In this document: positions 8,801 through 19,617 of the stretch, piece after piece
Layout: each line of letters opens with the position of its first letter
Numbering within the stretch: the stretch's first letter is position 1
NCBI RefSeq assembly: GCF_004010195.1
Contig: NC_057721.1
Coordinates: 52,035,656-52,080,254 of the forward strand
Origin: Chiloscyllium plagiosum
Taxonomy: Eukaryota
DNA: 44,599 nt
Reading direction: 5' to 3'
Translations under genes and position numbers: made by a program
The notes under the pieces: generated by a model
Databases searched by the model: none
What the model was told of the DNA's origin: nothing
Seen by the model: only the letters and a program-made list of their open reading frames with translations

Positions 8801-11615
8801 AAGAGAACTTTAAAATTGAAATACCTTCACGTTGTTCATCAAATGGTATGGTTAGATTCCTAATGAGAGGGTTTTGCAACATCGAGTGATTCACGAGACA
8901 TGAATATACATCCCCTGCCTTCCAATGAGAGAGGTTGACATAACTTGTTGCAGAATTGCTATTGTTTGAGGCAATAGTAGTTCCAGAGTCAATCCATACT
9001 GAACCTTCTGTTCTTTCTTTTCTCCACCTCAATTGTATACCACCAGGATAGAAGTTCTCTGCTTTACAAACCAATTGTACACAACAGCTATTTTCAGGCT
9101 GAGGAAGAAATGTAACTTCAACCATTGGAGGAACTGGAGAGAAAAAAAATAAAACATGGAGTCATAGAATGATAGACACGTAGAATCCCTACGGTGTAGA
9201 AGCAGGCCATTGGGCCCATCAAGTCCACACTGGCTCTCTGCAGAGCTTCCCAACCTAACCAAACCCTCTACCCTATCCCTGGAGAAAGTGAGGACTGCAG
9301 ATGCTGGAGATCAGAGCTTAAAAATTTGTTGCTGGAAAAGCGCAGCAGATCAGGCAGCATCAAAGGAGCATGAGAATCGACGTTTCGGGTATAAGCCCTT
9401 CTTCAGTAAGGTTCCTATCCCTGGAACCTTATATTTCCTATGAGTAATCCACCTAAGCAGCTCATCCCTGGACAATGGGCAATTTAGCATGTCCAAGCCA
9501 CCTAAACTACAGAATTTAGGAAAACAAACTATTTTATTTTCCATTTCACATGGATATAGTGATGTTGTTCTGTCAACTTAATGCTGTACATAATGCTGTC
9601 TATTAAACACAGGCAAATATGTAGGTTATGATGTTGTTAATAATCTTTAGAAATATTTTTACAAAGATATTCACAATTCATTTCAACTTGTGACCAGCAA
9701 AAGTATTTAAATGAAAATACAACATATATCTATGATTACTGCAATGACAATAATATTCATACATATTTATATAATACAGAGGCATATATAACAAAATAAC
9801 TCATACCTTCTACTATGAGGCTTGTTTTGTTTCCTTCTATTTCTATAGTAGGTGGTGGAATATAGGATGCAATCTTACAATAATATAGATCAGAATCATT
9901 CATTTGGAGATCTTGGATTATAAAGTGAGTGACACCAGTATTGAGCTTCAAAATGATGCTCGTTCGATTATCACAGAGAGGACTTTGTATCAGCGAATCA
10001 TTCAAGTAAGTTATACTACATACAGGATTTTCGACTTGTTTACTCCTCCACCAGGAAACATGCATCCTTTCAGCTTTCAAATGATTGTACCAGTTGGAAA
10101 AAGTGATGCTGACACTTTCTCCCACGAATGCTCTGAGAACACCTGGAGTTTGGAAAATGTGGTCTTCACAATATATTAAAACTGTTCCAAAGAAAAATCA
10201 AAACAAATTAATATCATTAATTAAAAACTAATCAAATATATCTCTGTGAATTTGCTTACTTATTTGAAGACATGGGAGTTTAATATTAAGATTGAAATGA
10301 GAACTTTTACTGAGGAAAACATTACTTGGATTCAGCAGATCAACATTTCTTGTCTGCATTATTTTTCTTTTGAATCAAATCTTTACAGGAAAGAATGCAA
10401 TCAAGGTGTAAAACCCAAATGAATAACACAATCAATGAAGAATCTCTCATCCATTTGGAGTATGTGTGCAGTTTTGGGCCCATATCCCAAGAAGGATGTA
10501 CTGAGCCTGGAGTGTTTTCAGAGGAGGTTCACGAGAATGGTCCCAGGAATGTAAAGCTTAATATATAAGGAACGTTTGAGGACTCTGAGTCTCTACTCGA
10601 TGAAGTTTAGAAGAATGGAGGTGGGGGAGGGGAACATAATTGAAACTTACAGAATACTGAATGGCGTGGACAAACTGGATGTTGGGGAAATGTTTCCATT
10701 GGTAGGAGAGACGAGGACACAGCCTTAGAGTAAAGGAAGATCGTTTAGAATGGAGATAAGGAGAATCTTCTTCAGCCAGAGAGTGCTGAATCTATGGAAT
10801 TCAATGCCACAGAAGGCTATGGAGACCAGGTCATTGAGTATATTTAAGACTGAGATAGATAAGTTTTTGAGGATCAAGGGTTATGGGGAAAAAGGAGGAG
10901 AATGAAGTTGAGAAACTTATTAGTCATGATTGAATAGTGGAGCAGACTCGATGGACTGAATGGCCTAACTTCTGCTCCTATGTCTTATGGAAAAACATTT
11001 CACTGTTTGATTTTATTATACAAGTTTATGATAAAATAGAATCTCTACTGGTCCTTCAGCCCAACAAGTCCACACCAACCCTTCAAAGAATATCCCAATC
11101 AAACCCATTACTCTACATTTACCCTTGACTACCCCTGAACACAATGGACGGTTTAGCATGGCCAATTCACCTAACCTGCGCAACTTTGGATTGTGGGATG
11201 AAACCGGAGCACCCAGAGGAAACCCACGCAAACACAGGGAAAATGTGCAAACTCCACACAGCCAGTCACCCGAGGCTGAAGTTGAACCCAGGTCCCTGGC
11301 ACTGTGAGGCAGTAGTGCTAACCACTGTGCCACCCCCCACGGAGCCACTGTGCTGTTTGTACGTTAAGATGCTTGTATATTAATTTCAAAATGCAAAATT
11401 TATGTAAAATGAAAGTTTACTGAAAGATAAAACAAAATTGTAATGACATATTGGATATACAGAAGAGTTTTAGACAAGTTTAATGTCTGCATAGAGGTAT
11501 ACATGTCTGCTTAAAAAGCGTTGCTCACTTACTAACATACTCACCATGAAGATGTATTCACAATACAGCTAGTGCAGCAGGGGCTTAGGATGAAAGTTTT
11601 TGACCTTGATTGCAT
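5698..11615 (-). CDS. IgSF receptor gene, spliced model L-V(J)-C1-TM-Cyt1-Cyt2: non-rearranging antigen-receptor-like / CD28-like membrane protein, possibly pseudogenised
   Basis: Manually spliced exons 11545-11615, 9807-10181, 8825-9133, 7734-7823, 6961-7002 and 5698-5852, all with GT..AG boundaries. The V, C1, TM and Cyt1 exons are multiples of 3 (375, 309, 90, 42 bp) in phase 1 and give one open frame from V to the stop codon. The leader exon is defective. Confidence 0.8.
6961..7002 (-). CDS. Short cytoplasmic exon 1
   Basis: Strong donor CAAG|gtaagt at 6960. Acceptor attaacag| gives (A)TYKCSVDSGDDTQ; an alternative in-phase acceptor would start the exon at 6984. Phase 1-1. Confidence 0.5.
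7734..7823 (-). CDS. Transmembrane exon
   Basis: Acceptor tttttgtgttgcag|, donor AAAG|gtaaga. Translation (V)GAYLWWVLASLGLILISVVVYLLLKRSKK is a hydrophobic span with no charged residue, followed by a basic stop-transfer segment. Confidence 0.85.
8825..9133 (-). CDS. Ig C1-set domain exon
   Basis: Acceptor ttttttttctctccag|, donor GAAG|gtattt. Translation (V)PPMVEVTFLPQPENSCCVQLVCKAENFYPGGIQLRW...GDVYSCLVNHSMLQNPLIRNL has the canonical C1 motifs LxCxxxxFYPxxIxxxW and YxCxVxH. Confidence 0.92.
9284..9413 (-). mobile_element. Penelope-like short repeat insertion with a 12-bp direct repeat
   Basis: gaaagtgaggactgcagatgctggag...cgacgtttcgggtataagcccttcttcag, flanked by cctatccctgga at 9272-9283 and 9414-9425. 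The family call is inferred from the hammerhead-like motif. Confidence 0.65.
9379..9406 (-). ncRNA. Minimal hammerhead ribozyme core motif
   Basis: The minus strand reads CUGAAGA-A-GGG-cuuaua-CCC-GAAA-C-GUC: CUGANGA box, short stem II, GAAA box and GUC cleavage triplet, as in minimal type-I hammerheads of Penelope-like elements. Confidence 0.55.
9807..10181 (-). CDS. Ig V-set (VJ-type) domain exon
   Basis: Acceptor tttttctttggaacag|, donor GAAG|gtatga. Translation (V)LIYCEDHIFQTPGVLRAFVGESVSITF...HVSWWRSK...PVCS...PLCDNRTSI...FIIQDLQMNDSDLYYCKIASYIPPPTIEIEGNKTSLIVE. It has the C-strand Trp, DSxxYYC and a J-like G strand in one exon; the B-strand Cys is replaced by Phe. Confidence 0.9.
10455..10990 (+). 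mobile_element. CR1-clade LINE 3' fragment in the leader-V intron
   Basis: Decayed LEYxxQFW...QRRFTRMVPG-type sequence, ttcttcagccagagagtg, and the tail gaatggcctaacttctgctcctatgtcttatgg. Confidence 0.8.
11035..11340 (-). mobile_element. HE1-like tRNA-derived SINE, near full length
   Basis: The minus strand begins ggtggcacagtggttagcact (A box) ... ctgggttcaac (B box), followed by the shared core and LINE-like tail. Confidence 0.85.
11545..11615 (-). pseudogene. Candidate leader (signal peptide) exon carrying a 1-nt frameshift and an in-frame TGA
   Basis: ATG at 11615-11613 and donor G|GTGAGT at 11544. The ATG frame reads MQSRSKTFILSP. The phase-1 frame required by the V exon reads ...AALAVL*IHLH (TGA at 11560-11558). 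Removing one C from CCCC and reading TGA as TGG gives a typical signal peptide. Confidence 0.5.
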
Positions 11616-12689
11616 TTGGTTAAATTTACATTAAAATGTCAAAGGTAGTGGGAAAGGAGAATTCTAAAATTAATTCCATTGCATACACCCCAACAATTTT
11701 TTCTGACATTTCAAACTTTTCTCTTTTCAAAGTTAAGACAAATTCCCTTCTAAATAATTTAATTTCCCATGAAAAGCAGACAGGCCAACATTTGGTGCTG
11801 CCCTGTACAATATTTAGGGTAACAGAATGTCTGACAAAAGAACTCCTGCAAGACCTTATTGAAAAAATTCAAAGATCAGAAAGTGACAATATCAGCAGAA
11901 ATGTTCGGTAGATTATTCTTTCAAATTTGTCAGTTTTATCAGTGTAAAGAAGCATCCTTACCCAAACTAATCATGATGAGAATACACTTAGCGAAACAGT
12001 TATCAGATGAAGACATTTTGCTCAGCACCTGTAGAGTCGAAAAGATCGGAACTAGTTCTGGTATGGTAGGTGGATATGTGCAACCAACCTTCTGCTAAAA
12101 ACATGAAGTAGATTGCTGTGGGTTTGTACATCAGCCTTCCTGTTTGAAATGACCTTGCGATGTTTATCTTTAAACATACCTCAACAATGAAATAACTCCT
12201 CAAAAAGAATTAGTGTAAGGCATGTCTAAATGTGAAAATTTATTATTTGTTTCCACTATAGCTAGCAGACCTTGTGTATTTTGCATTAGATTTCCTGGTG
12301 TCTCACTTACACAACAAAAACTATTTCATTTTAGTATTTCAGAATAACTGGGTATGTTGATATGAATTTTCCCTTCTCAAAATAATTATAACTAAACGAT
12401 GAGGGGAAACTTGCATGAGAGAATTTATCATTGCAATAAATGAATCAGGAAAGGGGCTAAGTTAAATATTCACCCAACTAAAAGCGTTGGATTGAAGTGA
12501 GCAATTGTCCCACCCCTTTTCAAGCTGACGCAGCCAGTACACAAATTCAACACTCACTGATTCTGATATACAGCCCAACATGAGGTGTGTGGTTGAGCGG
12601 CTGCAAACCTCATAGGAGCCAAATTCCATCCAGGATAGCATAACTTAGATCTAAACTGTACAACTTAAAGTCAACTTGCTCTTCTTCTA

Positions 12690-14390
12690 CGAAAGAACAC
12701 TGGGGAAGAATTAAGTACCATCACCCACTGAAGAAGTGGCATTAAGCAAACTAATGGAGCTAAAAGCAGTTAAGTCCCCCAACCCTGATGGCTTTCATCT
12801 TAGGATCCTAAAAGAGGCACTACAGAGATAGTAGATGCATTGATCATAATTTTCCAAAAGTCTTTGGATTCTGGAGAAGTTCCAGCGAATTAGAAAACTG
12901 TCAATGTGACACTCCTATTCAAAAAGAAAGGATGGCTATAGGCTGGTAGCTATAGGCTGATCAGCTTACATCTATTATTGTTGGAAAAATGTTGGAATCA
13001 ATTATTAAGGAAGTAATAGCAGCACATCTGGAAAATCATAATCCAGTCAAGCAGAGTCAGTGCGAATTCAAGAAAGGATAATTATATCTGACTAATTTAT
13101 TAATCTCAACCAGAATAGATAGAGAGGAACCAGTAGATATGTTGCATTTTGACTTGCAGAAGGCATTTAACAAAGCACCTCATAAAAGGCTAAATCGATA
13201 GGTAACAGCTCACAGCGTTGGAAGTAGCATTGATAGAGAATTGGCTAATGGGCATGAAACACTGAGTCGGGATAAAGGATTCTTCAGGTTTAGGAGAAAG
13301 TAGGGCTGCAGATGCTGGAGAGTCAGAGTTGAAAATAGTGGCAATGGAAAATCACAGCAATACAGGCACCATCCTGACCTGCTATGCTTTTCCAGTGCCA
13401 CACTTTTTGATTCTTCTTCATGTTGCCAACCTGTGACCAGTGAGTTCCAGAACAATCATTGCTGGGATCACAACAGTTTACAGTATATATAAATGACTTA
13501 GAGGAAGGAAGTGAATGCATTATAGCCAAATTTAGGTGGAAAGACAGATTGCAAGATTGCTGAGTAAGTCAGTAAAATGTTGGCAGATGGAATATAGTTT
13601 GGGAAATGTGAAGTTGGTCATTTTGGAAGGGAGAACAAAAGAACAGTATTACTTAATGGAGAAAATCCGCAGAAAGCTGCATCACAAAGGGTCTTGGGGG
13701 TACTGTGCATGAAACACTAAAAACCAGCTACATAGCTGAGGCAGGTAATCAGGAATATTAATGGAATGTTGGTCTTTATTTCAAGGTGGTTAAAGTATTA
13801 AACTAGGGACATTTTACTGCAACTGTACAAGGTGCTGGTGAGACCATATATGGAATACTGGCAGCAGTTTTGTTCCCTTTATCTAAGAAATTATATGATT
13901 TCATTGGAGACAGTTGAGAGAAGGTTCTCTAGAATGATTCCTGGTATGGCCGAATTGACTTCTGTGCAAAGGTTAAACAACTTTACCCACTGAATTTTGG
14001 AAGAATAAAAGGTGATCTCCTTGAAACATATAGGATCCTTAAGGAGCTTAATGGGATAAATACTGAGAGGACGTTTCCCCTCATGGGAGAGTCTAGGACC
14101 AGACGGCATAGTCTCAGAAAAAAGGGACACCAATTTAAGACAGATTGAGGAGGATTTTCTTCTCTCAGAGGGTTGTGAATCTTTGGAACTTCTTGTCAGA
14201 GGCAGAGACTTCATGTATTTTCAGGGTGAGATAGGTTGATTCTTGATTAGTAGGGGAAACAAGGGTTATGGAGAAAAGGCAGAAAAGTGGACATGAGCAA
14301 TGTCAGGTCAGCCAATGCCCTATTGAATGGCAGAGCAAGCTCAAGGAACTGAATGGCTTATTCTTGTTTCTATTTCTTATGGTTTTATGA
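12690..14390 (+). mobile_element. Decayed CR1-clade LINE (RT region to 3' end)
   Basis: Broken RT motifs (KSPxPDGFH, NVTLLFKK, DLQKAFNKAPH, VRPYMEY) with many stops and frameshifts, ending in a typical tail. Confidence 0.85.
13292..13420. mobile_element. Penelope-like short repeat nested in the CR1, with internal inverted halves
   Basis: aggagaaagtagggctgcagatgctggag start, the same family as 9284-9413. The halves gtggcaatggaaaatcacagca and tgctatgcttttccagtgccac are inverted. Confidence 0.55.
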
Positions 14391-14689
14391 TTATTAAACA
14401 ATACAACTCACCTAATTAATATTCAGCTTCCTATCTTACCAAGCATGTCAAACAAAATAGACATTGAGAATTCTCAACATGGCAGTCAGAGCAGGTACTT
14501 GGTGACTTCAGCTTCGCACATGCTCCAAAGGACCAGTCTGTTGGTCACTGGACACCAATAACTCAGGGTACTCTCAATGGGCACTGGCCACTGCACCCCA
14601 TAATCACACACTTTGGCAAATGACATTGCCAGTTCTAAGAACATTCATGGCATATCTCTGATCCACTTACAGGATGTTTGTACACTTCA

Positions 14690-14960
14690 CTGCTCGACCT
14701 TGGGCTGTACCGGTAACAAATCCAGCTCAGTAACTGCACTGTGCATCATCTACAATAGGCAGTGCAGAAATTCACCAAGGCTCCTTCACCATCCCCTTTC
14801 AAAATGACAACCACTAACATCTAGAATGAAAAGACAGCAGATGTAATGGATTGCCACTTCCTGCAAATGCCCCTCCAAGCCACTCAGCATCCTGACTTAG
14901 AAATATATTGCCATTTCTTCAGCATGACTGGATCAAAATGCTGGAACTCACTCCCTACAA
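14690..14960 (+). mobile_element. Old LINE 3' remnant (CR1/L2 group)
   Basis: Recognised by pattern (catcctgacttagaaatatattgcc...ctggaactcactcccta). Possibly related inverted remnants lie near 19960-20270, 24180-24310 and 28950-29120. Confidence 0.4.
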
Positions 14961-17337
14961 TTTGTAACTGTTGAGCACCTTATGTCATGTGTCTTCAGGC
15001 AGCTTCATTGCTAATCAAGCAACTAACTGGGAGCCTTGCCTGCAAACAGACTCTTAATGCGGTGGATGTCCCTCCATCAAAAACTGCCAGCCAATCAATC
15101 AGAGACCAGTATATCTTCACTGTTCAGCCGCACCACCAGGAAACTGTGGCCACTGTTGGTAATGCACCTGAGGCACAGAATCATTGAGTGTCAGGGGCAA
15201 AACAGATGAATGTTGATGGGTGCTGTGGGGGAAAATGTCACAGAAGGTAAAAAGTTTAATACTATGGGCAGAGGTTGGTATTCAGTTGGCTTTGTCCCCA
15301 CCCCCTCTGTAACTGAGGTTGGGTTTCTTAAATAAGCACTGAGTGCCTATGAAGTCCATAAAGCAACTCTGGTAGAGTTTAATTTTTGAACTTCTCACAT
15401 GGCAATCCACCTGTCCAATCTTGCCTAAATGAAAACCAGCAGTTGTGGCATGCAGCCTTTATGAGGGCATTTATTTCCAACATTTAGGCTTTGATTGACA
15501 GGAAGGTCACCCACAAGCCATCTAGTCATGGATTTGATTGGGGTCAGAGGTGGGTGGTTGGCTAGTTCCCACCTCCAACCTAACATTGAATGCCCTCTCC
15601 CCAGCAGATTTGCCACAATAGAGGGCATTAAAGTACAAAGATGAGCTATTGGATTTGGAGGGCACATGACAATGAAATTCAATTCAGAAAATGGTAAACT
15701 GTATATTTGTATGGGGAAAATAAGAAGCAGTAAGTTATCACTTATAGTTGCCCACTTAACAATGGTCAATAAGTCAACAGAGCCTGTAATCTCATTGAGC
15801 ATCGTAAGATCTATTTTAATGTTGTGTCCCATGTGGTTGGTACTACTTTGGAGATGCTTGCCCTGTTTTCTAACTCTCCAACTTAAGACTGTCACCTTGT
15901 GCTTACAGCTTTCTGACATTTGACCTCACTCCCAAAAAGCCTAGTTGCCCAAGGTCTGCTCAGGAGCTACATTCCCTTTAACCTTTCCTACCGCTGTGTA
16001 GACCCTCTGAGCCACACAATTTAGAGAGAACATTATCGGGGAGCTTTTAACCATAAGGCTACACCCTGCCTGCTTGAACTACCATTAGTTCCAGGCCACA
16101 TTGTAGATGCTTGCTGATAGATCTTTATGAGCTGTTAGAAGCAATGTTCTTCCTCATTGGCCTCTCAAACAGGTGAAACTGCCCCTCTTGATCAAGTGCA
16201 GGGCCTTGAATTTCCTCCCACTCCTCAGGCATCACAGGCTTTTTCTTGTTAATACTCTCCCCCTCCCCCATCTCTGTGAAGGTCACAAGCAGAAGATCAG
16301 AAAGGAGGGGGATCCCCAGTAATCAGGGAATGGGAGTTTCCTGAAGCAAGTTCAGTGATGGGCAGGAGATTTTGTACTATAATTAGAACAGTACAATTTT
16401 CGTTCATAGTTTTTGACTTACTTTTTATTCTGGAAGTTATTTATTTTGCCAATATAAGAAGTTAACAATGTAAAATATCTCAACAAAGGTACAATGTTTT
16501 TCAATTTTTCTTATGCTAAGCAAACCCTACAGAACCTAACGCTAGATTTGACATTGGTTTCTATGGGAGTTAATGTTCACTTGAAATATTTTCCCATAAA
16601 GTTGCATTTTCCAGGAACACAACTTGAAGTGAAAACCTGCCGTACATCAGAAACTGAATTTTAAAAGGGATGCAAAAACATGAGATGCCTGAGGCCGTAC
16701 ATACACAAATCTTTAAGGGTCACAAAAAATTGAACAAAGAATAACTGAAGGCCACAAATTTAAAAGCTAATGCCAGAAGAATCAGAGATGACGTTAAGAG
16801 AAACTTTTTTATACAATGAGTGGTTAGGATTTCAAATGCACTGTCTGATTGGGTGATGGGTAAAGATTCAATGTTAGCCTTCGAAAGGGAATTGGATCCA
16901 TCTTGTTTCAATTCCTCCTACTTCTCACTTAAAGTCCTTAACCTTTACTATTCATACAAAAACAATGCATTTTCTCATTGCTTTCTCCCACAGTCTATGC
17001 ATAGAATGACCTCTCATACTCAATGATTTAAATCTCCACCTCAACTGCACTCCAGATGTATTTCCCTGCCAAATCTTCTTCCTTTTTTATATTCTATGCT
17101 TAACATATATAAGCCAACAGCTCATTAAGCTTTTTATAAATATTTATCACTGATTACTCCATTTTAGTGATTGGTGCTCATTAACGCTATGAGCTGAATC
17201 TTACCTGTTTTTGGCTGTGTACATTTTATCGCAATTCATAGTGAGTTTCTCTCAATGATGCTTTTTGAGTTTTATTTGTCCCAAACCCGCCACACTTGTG
17301 CCATTCACTTCCAACTAGCTCAATTCTACCAGCCACC

Positions 17338-17935
17338 ATAGAGTCATAGAGATGTACAGCTTGGAAACAGACCCTTCGGTCCAACCCGTCCATGCCGACC
17401 AGATATCCCAACCCAATCTAGTCCCACCTGCCAGCACCCGGCCCATATCCCTCCAAACCCTTCCTATTCATATACCCATCGAAATGCCTCTTAAATGATG
17501 TAATTGTACCAGTCTCCACCACTTCCTCTGGCAGCTCATTCCATACACGTACTACCCTCTGCGTGAAAAAGTTGCACCTTAGGTCTCTTTTATATCTTTC
17601 CCCTCTCACTTTAAACCTATGCCCTCTAGTTCTGGACACCCTGACCACAGGGAAAAGACTTTGCCTATTTACCCTATCCATGCCCTTCATAATTTTGTAA
17701 ACCTCCATAAGGTCACCCCTCGGCCTCTGACACTCAGGGAAAACAGGCCCCAGCCTGTCCAGCCTCTCCCTATAGCTCAAATCCTCCAACCCTGGCAACA
17801 TCGTTGTAAATCTTTTCTGAACCCTTTCAAGTTTCACAACATCTTTCCAATAGGAAGGAGACCAGAATTACATGCAATATTCCAACAGTGGCCTAGCCAA
17901 TGTCCTGTACAGCTGCAACATGACCTCCCAACTGC
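17338..17935 (-). mobile_element. CR1-clade LINE 3' fragment, relatively young
   Basis: ORF 17418-17837 KLERVQKRFTTMLPGLEDLSYRERL...FFTQRVVRVWNELPEEVV; tail ctctatgactctatg. Confidence 0.9.
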
Positions 17936-18984
17936 CCAGATATTGCAGAACAGACCAGCATCTCTCATTCATGTCGCTGCCCAGGGATGGCGGAGGTTGA
18001 GTTTTAAGGGTGTTCCGGACCTGGAATATTGCTGCCTAATGTCCAAGGTGACAACCTGGAGGAGAATGAAGGAAGACAAAATTGGCAGGTTCCTGCTCTG
18101 ACTTTCATGTCGAGAATTGTCACCATTTAATTTCCTCGAAGTGGGTGATACGTTAGCAAGTTGCATATTAATAAGGGTGAGATCATAGTTAATGAGGTTG
18201 ACAACTCATTATAATTCCCCACGAATAGGCATCTCACTGTTTCCTAGTGAGATCTCATCTAACTATTGCCCAACCTCAAGAAAGGCCTCAGTGGACTTGT
18301 TCCACAATTCACCCAGATTGCTCATCATAGTCTATGTCATTCAGGGCCCAATACAATTCTGCGTTCCATCATTTTGCAACTCCCGTGAATCTAAGGTTTT
18401 ATTATTTAAAAAGCAATACTTAGTTTTATCAATTATTGTATTTAAAATGAATGGTTTTAGAGTTAGCAATGTTGATCATTTACACGACAGCTTAAGATAT
18501 TTAGAAATTAGTAAGGACATTGACTTCAACCGTATTTGTGACCCATGAGCAAACACGAAGGGAGAGGTTGAATATCTCTAACCTAAATATTTTTCATTGC
18601 AATCATTTGGCTACTCAGTAGTAGTTTGTCTACCAGTTGTGGTTTTGGCTACCTTCAGCAAACACCCTCTCTGCCTCCAATGTGATCCCACTCACCAACC
18701 TAACCGGTGAATCAGATCTAACACTGATCAGCTAAAAGTCTAATTTGACTTTCTTTAGTGTCTATTTGTGTCCTTTTGGCCAACCCACACAGAATCTTCA
18801 GAATTAGCCAATATTCTTTAAAACCATCAAACTTAGTGCATGAATTAGAAATTAGGGATGTCAGTATTCAAGAGAATTGAAATACCTTTGTGGGATTATG
18901 ACAAAAGCATTTATAATTTCCCCACCTATTTCTTTTAAAATCTTCAGGTAGAAGCAACCAGGTTCTGGGGATTTGTCAGTCATC

Positions 18985-19580
18985 GAGTCATAGTCATACA
19001 ATCATACAGCACGGAAGCAGACCCTTCATTCCAACCGGTCCATGCCAACCATAATCCCAAACTAATCTAGTCCCACTTGCCTCCATAGCACTTCAAACAT
19101 TTCTTATTCATGTACTTATCCAAATATCTTTTAAACATCCATCATATCCTCTGGAAGCTCATTCCACACACAAATCACTCTCTGTATAGAAAAATCGCTC
19201 CCATGTCTTTTTAAAATCTTTCTCCTCTCACCTTAATAATATACTAGTCCCACTTGCCTCCATAGCACTTCAAACATTTCTTATTCATGTACTTATCCAA
19301 ATATCTTTTAAACATCCATCATATCCTCTGTATAGAAAAATTGCTCCCATGTCTTTTTAAAATATTTCTCCTCTCACCTTAATAATATACTCTCTAGTCT
19401 TGAAATCCCCCATCCTAGGGAAAAGATATCTGTCATTCATCTTATCAATACCCCTCATGATTTTATATACCTCTATTAGGTAAGCCCTCAATCTTCTATG
19501 CTCCAGTGACAACAGTCCCAACCTATCCAGGGTCTCCTTATAACTCAAATCCTCCACTGCCAGCAACATCCTGGTAAATC
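18985..19580 (-). mobile_element. CR1-clade LINE 3' fragment with an internal tandem duplication
   Basis: ORF 19357-19569 EDLSYKETLDRLGLLSLEHRRLRAYLIEVYKIM. Segment 19067-19243 is repeated at 19244-19390. Confidence 0.85.
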
Positions 19581-19617
19581 TTAGTGAGCTCCAATCTTTG
19601 GTTTGTAATTAGGTTGC

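Larger units (their letters stand above)
9160..9525 (-). mobile_element. HE1-like SINE 3' fragment interrupted by a younger insertion
   Basis: tagaatccctac...gcaggccat...gggcaatttagcatg matches the other SINE copies in this window. Confidence 0.7.

Noticed and set aside
9807-10181. Rearranging Ig/TCR V segment
   Set aside because: There is no heptamer-spacer-nonamer after the YYC, no separate D or J segments are visible, and the G strand and splice donor are in the same exon.
5698-11615. Assigning the symbol CD28, CTLA4, NCR3, SIRP or TAPBP
   Set aside because: The motif is IPPP rather than MYPPPY, a C1 domain is present, the TM has no Arg, and the architecture does not match any of them exactly. 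Orthology needs a search.
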